This document shows positions 12,240-22,351 of a stretch of 56,817 bases of DNA, piece after piece. Both the position numbers and the translations under genes were made by a program. The notes below the pieces were generated by a model that made no database searches, was not told the DNA's origin, and saw nothing but the letters and a program-made list of their open reading frames with translations. This DNA is from Mycobacterium sp. (GTDB lineage Bacteria > Actinomycetota > Actinomycetes > Mycobacteriales > Mycobacteriaceae): the NCBI GenBank assembly GCA_049683355.1, contig JBAUJB010000077.1, forward strand, positions 1 to 56,817, in the 5' to 3' direction. Each line of letters begins with the position of its first letter. The stretch's first letter is position 1.

Positions 12240-12255
12240 CTTACTTCGCAGTAAG
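12240..12255. promoter_or_regulatory. Palindromic operator candidate just upstream of the acyl-CoA dehydrogenase
   Basis: CTTACT-TCGC-AGTAAG, perfect 6-bp inverted repeat 10 nt from the ATG. Confidence 0.5.
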
Positions 12256-12414
12256 TTCGTTGCTTGTGGACTGTGACCGAAGGAACACCAGCCTGCCCGC
12301 GTCGGGGGACGGATCCGGCGCCGCGCTTCCTGGCACCGACGTGACGGCTTCGCCGCGGCGTCGACGTAGACTCGTCGGGTTGCCACCGATTGAGACGAGC
12401 GAGGTAGTAGCTGC

Positions 12415-13170
12415 ATGAGCGGCCATTCCAAGTGGGCCACCACCAAGCACAAGAAGGCCGTCGTCGACGCGCGCCGCGGGAAGATGTTCGCGAAGTTGAT
12501 CAAGAACATCGAAGTCGCGGCACGGACCGGTGGCGGCGACCCGGCCGGTAACCCGACTCTGTACGACGCCATCCAGAAGGCCAAGAAGAGTTCGGTGCCC
12601 AACGACAACATCGAACGCGCCCGCAAGCGCGGCAGCGGCGAGGAAGCCGGCGGCGCCGACTGGCAGAACATCACCTACGAGGGCTACGGCCCCAACGGCG
12701 TCGCGGTGCTGGTCGAGTGCTTGACCGACAACCGCAACCGCGCCGCGGGCGAGGTGCGGGTCGCGATGACCCGCAACGGCGGCAACATGGCTGACCCCGG
12801 TTCGGTGTCCTACCTGTTCTCCCGTAAGGGTGTCATCACGATGGAGAAGAACGGCCTCACCGAGGACGATGTACTCACCGCGGTGCTCGAAGCCGGCGCC
12901 GAGGATGTCACCGATCTCGGCGACAGCTTCGAGATCATCTCCGAGCCAACCGATCTGGTCGCCGTTCGAACTGCGTTGCAGGAAGCCGGAATCGATTACG
13001 ACTCCGCCGAGGCGAGCTTTCAGCCCTCGGTGACCGTGCCCGTCGACCTCGAGGCTGCCCGCAAGGTGTTCAAGCTCGTCGACGCGCTCGAGGACAGCGA
13101 CGACGTGCAGGACGTCTACACCAACATCGACATTCCCGACGACGTCGCCGCCGCGCTCGACGAGGACTGA
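12415..13170 (+). CDS. yebC: YebC/PmpR family protein (Rv2603c-like)
   Basis: [31 protein letters not shown]; upstream of ruvC. Confidence 0.95.
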   Translation: MSGHSKWATTKHKKAVVDARRGKMFAKLIKNIEVAARTGGGDPAGNPTLYDAIQKAKKSSVPNDNIERARKRGSGEEAGGADWQNITYEGYGPNGVAVLVECLTDNRNRAAGEVRVAMTRNGGNMADPGSVSYLFSRKGVITMEKNGLTEDDVLTAVLEAGAEDVTDLGDSFEIISEPTDLVAVRTALQEAGIDYDSAEASFQPSVTVPVDLEAARKVFKLVDALEDSDDVQDVYTNIDIPDDVAAALDED

Positions 13171-13200
13171 CAGCCCGGCCCGATCGGAAGCAGCGGCCCC

Positions 13201-13323
13201 ATGGCGAAGGTGAGAGACCTCGACGGCGCGGAGTGGACGGTGCGTCGCTGGTGGTGGCGGACGCTGCCCTGGGAAACCGGCTTCGCGCGTCGACTTCGAC
13301 CGTCTTCATCTCGCCTCCACTAG
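13201..13323 (+). pseudogene. 5' remnant of a small Trp-rich protein gene, fused at ~13286 to the 5' remnant of an oppositely oriented gene (minus-strand ATG 13309)
   Basis: Plus strand: MAKVRDLDGAEWTVRRWWWRTLPWETGFA then non-protein-like RRLRPSSSRLH*. Minus strand: GGAGG RBS and MKTVEVDA, then non-protein-like sequence. Confidence 0.55.
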
Positions 13324-13351
13324 AATGATCGTTCTAGAACGTATGCTCTAG
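13320..13351. promoter_or_regulatory. Two overlapping 18-bp TetR-type operators
   Basis: CTAGAATGATCGTTCTAG (13320-13337, 16/18 palindromic) and CTAGAACGTATGCTCTAG (13334-13351, 14/18), sharing a CTAG. Confidence 0.75.
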
Positions 13352-13371
13352 CCTGGCGCCGGGAGGCGAAC

Positions 13372-14010
13372 ATGGCAAGGTCCACCAGAGAGTCGATCCT
13401 CACCGCGGCTGCTGAGCTGATGCGCCACCGGGGCTATGCAGGTGTGGGAATCAAAGACATCGCGGAGGCATCCGGCTCCCCGATCGGATCGCTGTATCAC
13501 CACTTCCGCGGTGGCAAGGTGCAGATCGCGCGCGAGGCGCTGATCAACGCCGGCGCCGCCTACGGTCTGCTCATCCCGACGATCGTCGACGACTATTCCG
13601 ACCTCGGCGAGGCGGTCGACGGCGTGTTCACCCAGGCCGCCGCGGACATGGCGGCGACCGGGTTCGCCAACATGTGTCCGGTGGCCAGTGTCGCCGGGGA
13701 GGTCGCCGACACCGTCGAGGAGCTGCGCCAGACCACGCAGGTGATCTTCGACGGTTGGATCGCCGGCGGGACCGGCTACTTCGTCGCCCGCGGGCTCGAC
13801 GAGCCCGCGGCGCGCGACGTCACGCTGGCACTCATCGGCGCCCTGGAAGGCGGGTTCCTCCTGGCGCGGGTGCTTCGTAGCACCGAACCGCTGCTCGCGG
13901 CAGCGCGCACCCTTGCGCCGCAGTACCGGGGTATCGAACTCGCTGCGGTGTCGCCGACGCCGGGAACCGGCCGCGTGTCCCTGCCCGGGGTCGTCGGCGG
14001 CAGCCGCTAA
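13372..14010 (+). CDS. TetR/AcrR family transcriptional regulator
   Basis: N-terminal [56 protein letters not shown]. Confidence 0.95.
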   Translation: MARSTRESILTAAAELMRHRGYAGVGIKDIAEASGSPIGSLYHHFRGGKVQIAREALINAGAAYGLLIPTIVDDYSDLGEAVDGVFTQAAADMAATGFANMCPVASVAGEVADTVEELRQTTQVIFDGWIAGGTGYFVARGLDEPAARDVTLALIGALEGGFLLARVLRSTEPLLAAARTLAPQYRGIELAAVSPTPGTGRVSLPGVVGGSR

Positions 14011-14013
14011 GCT
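13991..14013 (+). promoter_or_regulatory. RecA-NDp / PafBC-type DNA-damage promoter of ruvC
   Basis: TCGTCGGCG-N8-TAAGCT versus consensus tTGTCRgtg-N8-TAnnnT. Confidence 0.7.
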
Positions 14014-14014
14014 C

Positions 14015-14030
14015 TCGAACAGATGTTCTG
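14015..14030 (+). promoter_or_regulatory. LexA SOS box upstream of ruvC
   Basis: TCGAAC-AGAT-GTTCTG versus mycobacterial consensus TCGAAC-N4-GTTCGA. Confidence 0.8.
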
Positions 14031-14044
14031 ACGAAGGGGCTGAC

Positions 14045-14638
14045 GTGCGGGTGATGGGAGTCGACCCCGGGCTGACGAGGTGCGGCCTGTCGGTAATCCA
14101 GAGCGGCAAGGGCCGTCAGGTGATTGCGCTCGATGTGGACGTGGTGCGCACCCCGGCCGAGCACCCGCTGGCGCACCGTCTGCTCACCATCAGCGACGCC
14201 GTCGAACACTGGATGGACACCCACCGACCCGACGTGATCGCCGTCGAGCGGGTGTTCGCGCACCAGAACGCCTCTACCGCGATGGGCACCGCCCAGGCCG
14301 CCGGGGTGATCGCGCTGGCCGCGGCCCGGCGCGACATCGACGTGCACTTCCACACGCCCAGCGAGGTCAAGGCTGCGGTCACCGGCAACGGACGGGCCGG
14401 CAAAGCACAGGTGACCGAGATGGTCACCAGAATCCTCACCTTGCAACAGAAGCCGACGCCTGCGGACGCCGCCGACGCGCTGGCGCTGGCGATCTGCCAT
14501 TGCTGGCGGGCCCCGATGATCGCCAGGATGGCCGAGGCGGAGGCGATGGCGGCCGAGCAGCGCCGCAAGTATCAGGCCACGCTGAAAGCCGCCAAGGGTC
14601 ACGCGAAACCGGTGCGGATGTCTCGGAGCGGTACGTGA
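14045..14638 (+). CDS. ruvC: Crossover junction endodeoxyribonuclease
   Basis: [48 protein letters not shown]. Confidence 0.97.
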   Translation: MRVMGVDPGLTRCGLSVIQSGKGRQVIALDVDVVRTPAEHPLAHRLLTISDAVEHWMDTHRPDVIAVERVFAHQNASTAMGTAQAAGVIALAAARRDIDVHFHTPSEVKAAVTGNGRAGKAQVTEMVTRILTLQQKPTPADAADALALAICHCWRAPMIARMAEAEAMAAEQRRKYQATLKAAKGHAKPVRMSRSGT

Positions 14639-15222
14639 TCGCCGCGGTGCGAGGCGAGGTCCTCGACATCGCCCTCGACCACGCCGTCATCGAAGCCGCC
14701 GGTGTCGGCTACAAGGTGATGGCGACCCCCGCGACGCTGGCCGGTCTGCGCCGCGGCGCCGAGGCCCGGCTGATCACGGCGATGATCGTCCGTGAGGACT
14801 CGATGACGCTGTACGGCTTCGCCGATGCCGATGCCCGCAATCTGTTCCTCACCCTGATCGGGGTTTCCGGCATCGGGCCGAGCATTGCGCTCGGAGCCCT
14901 CGCGATGTACGACGGCCCCGCTTTGAGGCAGGCGATCGGCGACGGTGACGTCACCGCGCTGACCCGAATCCCCAAGGTGGGCAAGAAGACTGCTGAACTG
15001 CTGGTGCTGACGCTGCGGGACAAGGTGGGGGTGGTGGCGTCGACGGGCATGGCTGCTGCTGTCGGCCATGCCGTGCGCGGGCCGGTCGTCGAGGCACTGG
15101 TCGGACTCGGGTTTGCGGTCAAGCAGGCCGAGGAGGCCACCGACAAGGTGCTCGCCGACGACCCCGACGCCAACCAGTCGAGTGCGCTGCGCTCGGCGCT
15201 GTCCATGCTGGGCAGGAAGTGA
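14635..15222 (+). CDS. ruvA: Holliday junction branch migration protein
   Basis: [38 protein letters not shown]. Confidence 0.96.
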   Translation: MIAAVRGEVLDIALDHAVIEAAGVGYKVMATPATLAGLRRGAEARLITAMIVREDSMTLYGFADADARNLFLTLIGVSGIGPSIALGALAMYDGPALRQAIGDGDVTALTRIPKVGKKTAELLVLTLRDKVGVVASTGMAAAVGHAVRGPVVEALVGLGFAVKQAEEATDKVLADDPDANQSSALRSALSMLGRK

Positions 15223-16289
15223 TGGGCCGGTTCGACGAGGAAGACCACGAGGACACCAGCGACCGCGAGGTGTCCGCCGCGCTGACGGTCGGCGAGGGCG
15301 ACATCGACGCCAGCCTGCGGCCCCGCTCGCTCGGCGAGTTCATCGGCCAGCCCCGGGTCCGCGAGCAGCTGCAGCTGGTGCTCGAGGGAGCCAAGAACCG
15401 TGGCGGCACCCCCGACCACATCCTGCTGTCCGGGCCGCCCGGTCTGGGCAAGACGTCGCTGGCGATGATCATCGCCGCCGAGCTGGGCACCTCGCTACGC
15501 GTCACCTCCGGGCCTGCGCTGGAGCGTGCCGGGGATCTGGCGGCGATGTTGTCCAACCTCGTCGAGCACGACGTGTTGTTCATCGACGAGATCCACCGGA
15601 TCGCCCGGCCCGCCGAGGAGATGCTCTACCTGGCGATGGAGGACTTCCGCGTCGACGTCGTCGTCGGCAAAGGCCCCGGCGCCACGTCGATTCCGTTGGA
15701 CGTCGCGCCGTTCACGCTGGTCGGCGCCACCACCCGGTCGGGCGCGCTGACCGGCCCGCTGCGTGACCGCTTCGGGTTCACCGCGCACATGGACTTCTAC
15801 GAGCCGGCCGAGCTGGAGCGGGTGCTGGCCCGCTCGGCAGGCATCCTCGGTATCGAGTTGGGCGCCGACGCGGCATCCGAGATCGCCCGCCGGTCCCGCG
15901 GCACGCCCCGCATCGCCAACCGGTTGTTGCGCAGGGTCCGCGACTACGCCGAAGTGCGCGCCGACGGCGTCATCACCCGGGACATCGCCAAGTACGCGCT
16001 GGCGGTCTACGACGTCGACGAACTCGGACTGGACCGGCTGGACCGCGCGGTGCTCTCGGCGCTGACGCGCAGCTTCGCCGGCGGCCCGGTCGGAGTGTCG
16101 ACGCTCGCCGTGGCGGTAGGGGAGGAAGCCGCGACCGTCGAGGAGGTGTGCGAGCCGTTCCTGGTACGGGCCGGCATGATCGCGCGCACGCCGCGTGGCC
16201 GCGTCGCCACCGCCCAGGCCTGGACGCACCTGGGAATGACACCGCCCAGCGGAGCCACTGGGTTGGGCCAGGCCGGGCTATTCGAATGA
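15222..16289 (+). CDS. ruvB: Holliday junction DNA helicase
   Basis: [50 protein letters not shown]. Confidence 0.98.
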   Translation: MGRFDEEDHEDTSDREVSAALTVGEGDIDASLRPRSLGEFIGQPRVREQLQLVLEGAKNRGGTPDHILLSGPPGLGKTSLAMIIAAELGTSLRVTSGPALERAGDLAAMLSNLVEHDVLFIDEIHRIARPAEEMLYLAMEDFRVDVVVGKGPGATSIPLDVAPFTLVGATTRSGALTGPLRDRFGFTAHMDFYEPAELERVLARSAGILGIELGADAASEIARRSRGTPRIANRLLRRVRDYAEVRADGVITRDIAKYALAVYDVDELGLDRLDRAVLSALTRSFAGGPVGVSTLAVAVGEEAATVEEVCEPFLVRAGMIARTPRGRVATAQAWTHLGMTPPSGATGLGQAGLFE

Positions 16290-16330
16290 CGGCCCGTTGG
16301 TCTCAAACCGGTAAACCCCCGCCGTATCGG

Positions 16331-16356
16331 GGTTATCTGCGTTCGCTGTCGGGTAC
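16331..16356 (+). promoter_or_regulatory. SigF-type promoter candidate
   Basis: GGTTA-N15-GGGTAC followed by AGAGGAGG RBS and ATG 16383. Confidence 0.6.
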
Positions 16357-16382
16357 CCGACCTCCACTCAAGAGGAGGAATC

Positions 16383-17096
16383 ATGATCGGATCGAAGCAT
16401 CCCGACAGTCCCCGGGGCGGCCGGATGAAGATTGCCCGTAGCCGTGGCGCGGCCAGCGGGTTCTTGCTGATACTGCTGGGTGCCTGGGGTGCGCTGATCC
16501 CGTTCGTGGGTCCGTACTTCGACTTCGCGTTCAGTCCGGACCGGCCGTGGGCGTGGACCACCGGCCGGGGCTGGCTCGAGGTTTTGCCGGGCGTGGTGGT
16601 CGTCGTCGGCGGCCTGATCCTGTTGGCGTCCCGCAACCGCGCGGCCGCGATGCTCGGTAGCTGGCTGGCCGTCGCCGGCGGTGCGTGGTTCGTGGTGGGC
16701 CGTGCGCTGGCAGGTCCGCTCGGGCTGGGCGACGTCGGCACGCCGGTCGCCACGGCCGAGACCAAGCAGGTGTGGCTCGAGTTGACGTACTTCTACGGAC
16801 TCGGCGCGCTCGTCGTGTTCCTGGGTGCGCTCGGGCTCGGTCGACTCTCGGTGCGCAGCGTCCGCGACGTCGAATACGCCCAACGGCCACTGGAGTCGCC
16901 CGACCACGGTGTGGCGACCGACCATGCCGTCGGCACCCACACCGGCCCGCAGAACGTGGCGGCCGAAGACGCGTCAGGCGGTGCCGTCACCTCGGGTCAC
17001 AGGGCCGACCACAAGGCCACCGGCGAAGGCGGCCGCAGCTGGCGCAACATGTTCCGCCGCGGCGACCGCAGTGACCGCACGCTGAGTCACCACTAG
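16383..17096 (+). CDS. Hypothetical membrane protein, about 4 TM helices
   Basis: Strong RBS; hydrophobic segments LLILLGAWGALIPFVGPYF etc.; charged low-complexity tail. Confidence 0.8.
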   Translation: MIGSKHPDSPRGGRMKIARSRGAASGFLLILLGAWGALIPFVGPYFDFAFSPDRPWAWTTGRGWLEVLPGVVVVVGGLILLASRNRAAAMLGSWLAVAGGAWFVVGRALAGPLGLGDVGTPVATAETKQVWLELTYFYGLGALVVFLGALGLGRLSVRSVRDVEYAQRPLESPDHGVATDHAVGTHTGPQNVAAEDASGGAVTSGHRADHKATGEGGRSWRNMFRRGDRSDRTLSHH

Positions 17097-17106
17097 CGCG
17101 CTGCCG

Positions 17107-17154
17107 TCGAGGTTCCCGGCCGCACCTCCGAGAGGGTGGGGCGGGGAGCCTTGA
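17107..17154 (+). terminator. Hairpin between the convergent membrane-protein gene and gabT
   Basis: TCGAGGTTCCC...GGGAGCCTTGA 11-bp stem with two G-U pairs that form on plus-strand RNA; inner CACC/GGTG stem. Confidence 0.55.
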
Positions 17155-17200
17155 GGCGTTCTCGAGGTGGCTGTAGCCTGGTTCGCTCCCGCGGTGCTAG

Positions 17201-18544
17201 CTAGCGGATGTCGGCGAGGATGCCCGCGATCACGTCGATGCCCTCGAGCAGCAGTTCGTCGCTGATCGTCAACGGGGGCAGGAACCGCAGCACGTTGCCG
17301 AACGTGCCACACGACAGCACGATCACCCCGGCACGGTGCGCCGACGCGCACAGCTTCTTGGTCAGCTCCGCGTCGGGTTCGGTGGTGCCCGGCTCGACCA
17401 GTTCGACGGCGATCATCGCGCCACGCCCGCGGACGTCGCCGATGCGCTCGTCCTCGGCCTGCATCCGGCCCAGCTTGTCCTTCATCAGCGTCTCGATCTG
17501 GGCCGCGCGCTGGACCAGGCCCTCGGCCTCGATGGTCTCGATCGTCGCCAGTGCGGCCGCACACGCCACCGGGTTGCCGCCGTAGGTCCCGCCCAGACCG
17601 CTGACATGAGGTGCATCCATGATCTCGGCCCGCCCGGTGACCGCCGACAGGGGCATCCCGTCGGCGATCCCCTTCGCGGAGACGATTAGGTCGGGCACGA
17701 TGCCTTCGTGTTCGCAAGCGAACATCGCGCCGGAGCGCGCGAACCCGCTCTGCACCTCGTCGACGATGAACACCACGTCGTTGGCGCGGCACCAATCCAG
17801 CACTGCCTGCAGGAAGCCGTCCGCGGGGACGATGAAGCCACCTTCACCCTGGATCGGTTCGATGATCACCGCGGCGAGGTTCTCGGCACCGACCTGCTTG
17901 TCGATGACGCTGATCGCCCGCTTGGCGGCGAGTTCGCCGTCGGTGGCCATCTCCTTGCCGAACTCGGCGTCGCGGAACGGGTAGGACATGGGCGCGCGGT
18001 AGATCTCCGGTGCGAACGGGCCGAACCCGTGCTTGTAGGGCATCGACTTGGCCGTGAGCGCCATCGTCAGGTTGGTCCGGCCGTGGTAGGCGTGGTCGAA
18101 GGAGACGACGGCCTGCCTGCCGGTGTAGGTCCTGGCGATCTTGACCGCGTTCTCGACGGCCTCCGAACCCGAGTTGAACAGCGCTGACCGCTTCTCGCCG
18201 GTCCCTGGGGTGAGCCGGTTGAGGGCCTCGGCGACGGCGACGTACCCCTCGTACGGGGTCACCATGAAACAGGTGTGGGTGAACTTGCCCACCTGGTCAC
18301 GAACGGCCTCGACGACCCGGGGCGAGGAGTTGCCGATGGTGGTGACCGCGATTCCCGAGCCGAGGTCGATGAGCCGGTTACCATCGACGTCCTCGACGAT
18401 GCCGCCGAACGCCCGCGCCGCGTACACGGGCATGGTGTTGCCCACTCCGCGCGCGACCGCGGCGCTCTTTCGGGCGATCAGCTCGGTCGACAGCGGGCCC
18501 GGAATCTCGGTGGCGAGGTGGCGGCTCTGCTCGAGGGTGCTCAA
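17201..18544 (-). CDS. gabT: 4-aminobutyrate--2-oxoglutarate aminotransferase
   Basis: Class III PLP motifs DVDGN, NSGSEAVENAVK, EPIQGEGG, DEVQSGFARSG, SAKGIADG, GGTYGGNP; divergent from yajC as in Rv2589. Confidence 0.95.
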   Translation of the reverse strand: MSTLEQSRHLATEIPGPLSTELIARKSAAVARGVGNTMPVYAARAFGGIVEDVDGNRLIDLGSGIAVTTIGNSSPRVVEAVRDQVGKFTHTCFMVTPYEGYVAVAEALNRLTPGTGEKRSALFNSGSEAVENAVKIARTYTGRQAVVSFDHAYHGRTNLTMALTAKSMPYKHGFGPFAPEIYRAPMSYPFRDAEFGKEMATDGELAAKRAISVIDKQVGAENLAAVIIEPIQGEGGFIVPADGFLQAVLDWCRANDVVFIVDEVQSGFARSGAMFACEHEGIVPDLIVSAKGIADGMPLSAVTGRAEIMDAPHVSGLGGTYGGNPVACAAALATIETIEAEGLVQRAAQIETLMKDKLGRMQAEDERIGDVRGRGAMIAVELVEPGTTEPDAELTKKLCASAHRAGVIVLSCGTFGNVLRFLPPLTISDELLLEGIDVIAGILADIR

Positions 18545-18884
18545 CTGGAAACCTCCTGGGTGCCCGTACGGGAACGGAAGAATTGGACTGCCGCGGTGGG
18601 TTCGAGCCTAGTCGCAAGGTGCTTTGATCCGTCGAGAACCAACACTGCTCGTACCGGGAAGATCAGTGACACGGCACCGCGGCAACGGATTTCGTCGCAC
18701 TGCCGCCCGGGATCGCTCCCGCCGGCCACCGGAGACCCGGCTGCGGGGGCGCCGAAGCCGACCCGGGGACGTGGACGCGGTCGGTCGCAATGGCACACTG
18801 GTCAACAGCTTCTTCATAGATGCGGCCCCCACCCGCGGGTTCGGGAGCCGTGACCGCGAGACCGATACGAAAGACACGGCTGCC

Positions 18885-19229
18885 ATGGACCTGGTCATCT
18901 TCCTCCCACTGCTCATCGTCATGGGCGCGTTCATGTACTTCGCGTCCCGGCGCCAGAAGAAGGCCATGCAGGCCACCATCGACCTGCACAACTCCCTGGA
19001 GGTCGGTGACCGCATCCACACCACCTCGGGCCTGCAGGCGACCATCACGGCACTCGGCGACGAGTACGTCGACCTCGAGATCGCTCCCGGCGTCGTCACC
19101 ACGTGGATGAAGCTGGCCGTGCGGGACCGCATTGTCGACGGAGCCGACGATGTCGAGGACGTCGAGGACGACGACTTCGACGAGGCCACGGAGATCACCG
19201 AGAGCCGGAACACCAAGACTGACAGCTGA
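18885..19229 (+). CDS. yajC: Preprotein translocase subunit
   Basis: Single TM helix, RRQKK, L.VGDRIHTTSGL, LEIAPGV; start set at ATG 18885. Confidence 0.93.
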   Translation: MDLVIFLPLLIVMGAFMYFASRRQKKAMQATIDLHNSLEVGDRIHTTSGLQATITALGDEYVDLEIAPGVVTTWMKLAVRDRIVDGADDVEDVEDDDFDEATEITESRNTKTDS

Positions 19230-19312
19230 CACTCGGCGCCAGCACGTAGTCTTTGTGAGCCTCTGCGCCCTGCGCGGTACCCGACGAACTGATCTCTAGG
19301 AGACCCTTACAC

Positions 19313-21055
19313 GTGGCATCGTCCTCGACGCCGGTGCACCCTGCCCGCTACCTGGCCGTGTTCCTGGTACTGGTCATCGGCGCCTACCTGCTGGTGTTCT
19401 TCACCGGGAACAAGGAACCGGACCCCAAGCTCGGTATCGACCTGCAGGGCGGCACCCGGGTCACGCTGACTGCGCGCACCCCCGACGGCTCACCGCCCAC
19501 CCAGGACGCGCTGAACCAGGCACAACAGATCATCAGCGCCCGCGTCGACGGCCTGGGCGTGTCGGGTTCGGAAGTCATCATCGACGGCCAGAACCTCGTG
19601 ATCACCGTGCCCGGTAACGACGGCAGCGAAGCACGCAGCCTCGGGCAGACGGCGCGGCTGTACATCCGGCCGGTGATCCATGCCATCCCGGCCGAGGGCG
19701 CGGGGCCGCCGCAGGAAGCACCCCTGCCCGGCATGCCGCCGGGTGCGGTCCCGGGTATGCCTCCCGGTGCGGTCCCGGGCATGCCTCCCGGAGGGGCCCC
19801 GGGCGCTGCACCGGGTGCGCCCCCGACCGAAGCGCCCCCGACGCCGCAGCCTCGTCCGTTCCCCGCGCAGCCGGCCCCGACTCCGTCGCCGGGCCCGGAG
19901 CCTGCCCCGAGCCCGGAACCCGGGCCGCTGCAGAACGACGACGCGCCCCTGGCCGAACGCATCCAGGACGAGAAGCAGCTGAGGCAGAGCGGCGAGCAGG
20001 CGATCCAGATCCTGGCGATGCAGTTCCAGGCGACCCGCTGTGGTGAAGAGGATGTGCTCGCAGGCAACGACGACCCCAACCTGCCGTTGGTGACCTGCTC
20101 GGTTGACGGTGACGAGGTCTATCTGCTGGACAGCTCGATCATCAGCGGCGAGGGCATCGCCAACGCCACCTCCGGGCTCGATCAGCAGCGCGGCGAGTAT
20201 GTCGTCGATGTGGAGTTCAAGAGTGATGCCGGAGACCTGTGGGCTGATTTCACCGCGGCCAACGTCGGCACTCAGACCGCGTTCGTGCTGGACTCGCAGG
20301 TGGTCAGTGCGCCCCAGATCCAGGAGGCCATCCCGGGCGGCCGTACCCAGATCACCGGGCAGTTCACGGCGGATTCGGCGCGGGAACTGGCCAACGTGCT
20401 GAAGTACGGTTCGCTGCCGCTGTCGTTCGAGTCCTCGGAGGCCGAGACCGTCTCCGCCACCCTTGGCTTGTCTTCGCTTCGGGCGGGACTGATCGCGGGC
20501 GCGGTCGGTCTGGCCGCGGTGCTGCTGTACTCGCTGCTCTACTACCGTGCGCTGGGCCTGCTCGTCGCGCTGTCGCTGGTGGCGTCGGGCGCGATGGTCT
20601 TCGCGCTCCTGGTGCTGCTCGGCAGATGGATCAACTACACCCTGGACCTGGCGGGCATCGCGGGTCTGATCATCGGTATCGGTATGACGGCGGACTCGTT
20701 CGTGGTGTTCTTCGAGCGAATAAAGGACGAGATACGGGAGGGCCGCTCCTTCCGGTCCGCGGTTCCGCGGGGCTGGGCCAGGGCGCGAAAGACGATCCTG
20801 TCCGGCAACGCCGTCACCTTCCTGGCCGCTGCAGTGCTCTACTTCCTGGCCGTCGGCCAGGTGAAGGGCTTCGCGTTCACCTTGGGGCTGACCACGATCC
20901 TCGACGTCGTCGTCGTGTTCCTGGTGACGTGGCCGCTGGCCTATCTCGCGTCCAAGTCCACGACGATGGCCAAGCCGTCCTTGAACGGATTGGGAGCCGT
21001 CCAGCAGATCGCACGCGAACGCCGAGCGGCGGCACACGCCGCGGGACGGGGATAG
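19313..21055 (+). CDS. secD: Protein translocase subunit SecD
   Basis: [46 protein letters not shown]. Confidence 0.97.
   Translation: MASSSTPVHPARYLAVFLVLVIGAYLLVFFTGNKEPDPKLGIDLQGGTRVTLTARTPDGSPPTQDALNQAQQIISARVDGLGVSGSEVIIDGQNLVITVPGNDGSEARSLGQTARLYIRPVIHAIPAEGAGPPQEAPLPGMPPGAVPGMPPGAVPGMPPGGAPGAAPGAPPTEAPPTPQPRPFPAQPAPTPSPGPEPAPSPEPGPLQNDDAPLAERIQDEKQLRQSGEQAIQILAMQFQATRCGEEDVLAGNDDPNLPLVTCSVDGDEVYLLDSSIISGEGIANATSGLDQQRGEYVVDVEFKSDAGDLWADFTAANVGTQTAFVLDSQVVSAPQIQEAIPGGRTQITGQFTADSARELANVLKYGSLPLSFESSEAETVSATLGLSSLRAGLIAGAVGLAAVLLYSLLYYRALGLLVALSLVASGAMVFALLVLLGRWINYTLDLAGIAGLIIGIGMTADSFVVFFERIKDEIREGRSFRSAVPRGWARARKTILSGNAVTFLAAAVLYFLAVGQVKGFAFTLGLTTILDVVVVFLVTWPLAYLASKSTTMAKPSLNGLGAVQQIARERRAAAHAAGRG
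19727..19798 (+). repeat. 3 x 24-bp in-frame tandem repeat in secD (PGMPPGAV)
   Basis: CCCGGCATGCCGCCGGGTGCGGTC / CCGGGTATGCCTCCCGGTGCGGTC / CCGGGCATGCCTCCCGGAGGGGCC. Confidence 0.9.
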
Positions 21056-21058
21056 CAG

Positions 21059-22336
21059 ATGGCAAGGCACAACCGCGGTGAGACGGCCACATCGACCGCA
21101 GTCGAGGCACCCGATCCCGAGTTCACGGTGGGCGACGTCCCCAAGCACGGCTTCTTCGTCCGCCTTTACACCGGTACCGGCGCCTTCGAGGTCATGGGCC
21201 GGCGCAAGTTCTGGTACGCCGTCACCGCTGTCATCGTCGCCCTCTCTCTCGGGGCGATCCTGTTGCGGGGCTTCACCTTCGGTATCGACTTCGAGGGTGG
21301 TACCAAGGTTTCGCTGCCGCGTGGTGACGGGCAGGCCACTACACAGCAGGTCGAGCAGGTCTTCAGCGAGACGATCGGCCAGGCACCCGAGTCGGTGGTG
21401 GTGGTCGGCAGCGGTGGAACGGCGACATTCCAGATCCGCTCGGAGACGTTGAGCAACGAGGAGACCGAGGAACTGCGCACCGCGCTGTTCGATCAGTTCC
21501 AGCCGCGGGGCGCCGACGGCGAGCCGAGCAGGCAGGCGATCAGTGATTCAGCGGTCTCGGAGACCTGGGGTGGCCAGATCACCCAGAAAGCGCTCATCGC
21601 ACTGGTCGTGTTCCTCATCCTGGCGGCCATCTACATCGCCGTGCGCTATGAGCGCTACATGGCGATCGCCGCGCTCACCACCCTGGTGTTCGACCTGCTG
21701 GTCACCGCCGGCGTCTACGCGCTCGTCGGGTTCGAGGTCACCCCGGCCACCGTGATCGGGTTGCTGACGATCCTGGGGTTCTCGCTCTACGACACCGTCA
21801 TCGTGTTCGACAAGGTCGAGGAGAACACCCAGGGCTTCGAGCACACCACCCGACGCACCTTCGCCGAACAAGCCAACCTGGCGGTCAACCAGACGTTCAT
21901 GCGGTCGATCAACACCAGCCTCATCTCGGTGCTGCCGATCGTGGCACTGATGGTCATCGCGGTGTGGCTGCTGGGTGTCGGCACCCTGATGGACCTCGCT
22001 CTGGTCCAGTTCGTCGGTGTCATCGTCGGAACCTACTCGTCGATCTTCTTCGCCACCCCGCTTCTGGTGAGCCTGCGGGAACGTACCGAAGTGGTGCGCA
22101 AGCACACCACGAAGGTCCTCAACCGGCGCCAGACCGCGGCGGCGAAGTCGGCCGACGCCGAATCACACACCGATGGCGAGGACGAGCGTCCCGACGCCGA
22201 GCCGGCATCGGTCGCGGCCCCGGCCGCGCCCGCGCCACTCCCGCCGGACAAGCCGGCGCCGGGTGCCCGCCCCGTCCGGCCCACCTCCAGCAGGACCGGA
22301 CGACCGTCGGGTAAGCGAAGCCCCGGAAAGCGCTAG
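21059..22336 (+). CDS. secF: Protein translocase subunit SecF
   Basis: FGIDFEGGT, GFSLYDTVIVFDKVEEN, QTFMRSINTS, GTYSSIFFATP. Confidence 0.97.
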   Translation: MARHNRGETATSTAVEAPDPEFTVGDVPKHGFFVRLYTGTGAFEVMGRRKFWYAVTAVIVALSLGAILLRGFTFGIDFEGGTKVSLPRGDGQATTQQVEQVFSETIGQAPESVVVVGSGGTATFQIRSETLSNEETEELRTALFDQFQPRGADGEPSRQAISDSAVSETWGGQITQKALIALVVFLILAAIYIAVRYERYMAIAALTTLVFDLLVTAGVYALVGFEVTPATVIGLLTILGFSLYDTVIVFDKVEENTQGFEHTTRRTFAEQANLAVNQTFMRSINTSLISVLPIVALMVIAVWLLGVGTLMDLALVQFVGVIVGTYSSIFFATPLLVSLRERTEVVRKHTTKVLNRRQTAAAKSADAESHTDGEDERPDAEPASVAAPAAPAPLPPDKPAPGARPVRPTSSRTGRPSGKRSPGKR

Positions 22337-22351
22337 GGGCGGGTAGGTCCG

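Noticed and set aside
13201..13323. WWW-containing short ORF as a tryptophan attenuator leader
   Set aside because: No trp or aromatic pathway genes downstream and no terminator/antiterminator seen; better explained as a truncated gene.
18624..18884. 87-aa N-terminal extension of YajC in the ORF track
   Set aside because: Arg-rich, non-protein-like sequence spanning the gabT/yajC promoter region; the YajC-like sequence starts at ATG 18885.
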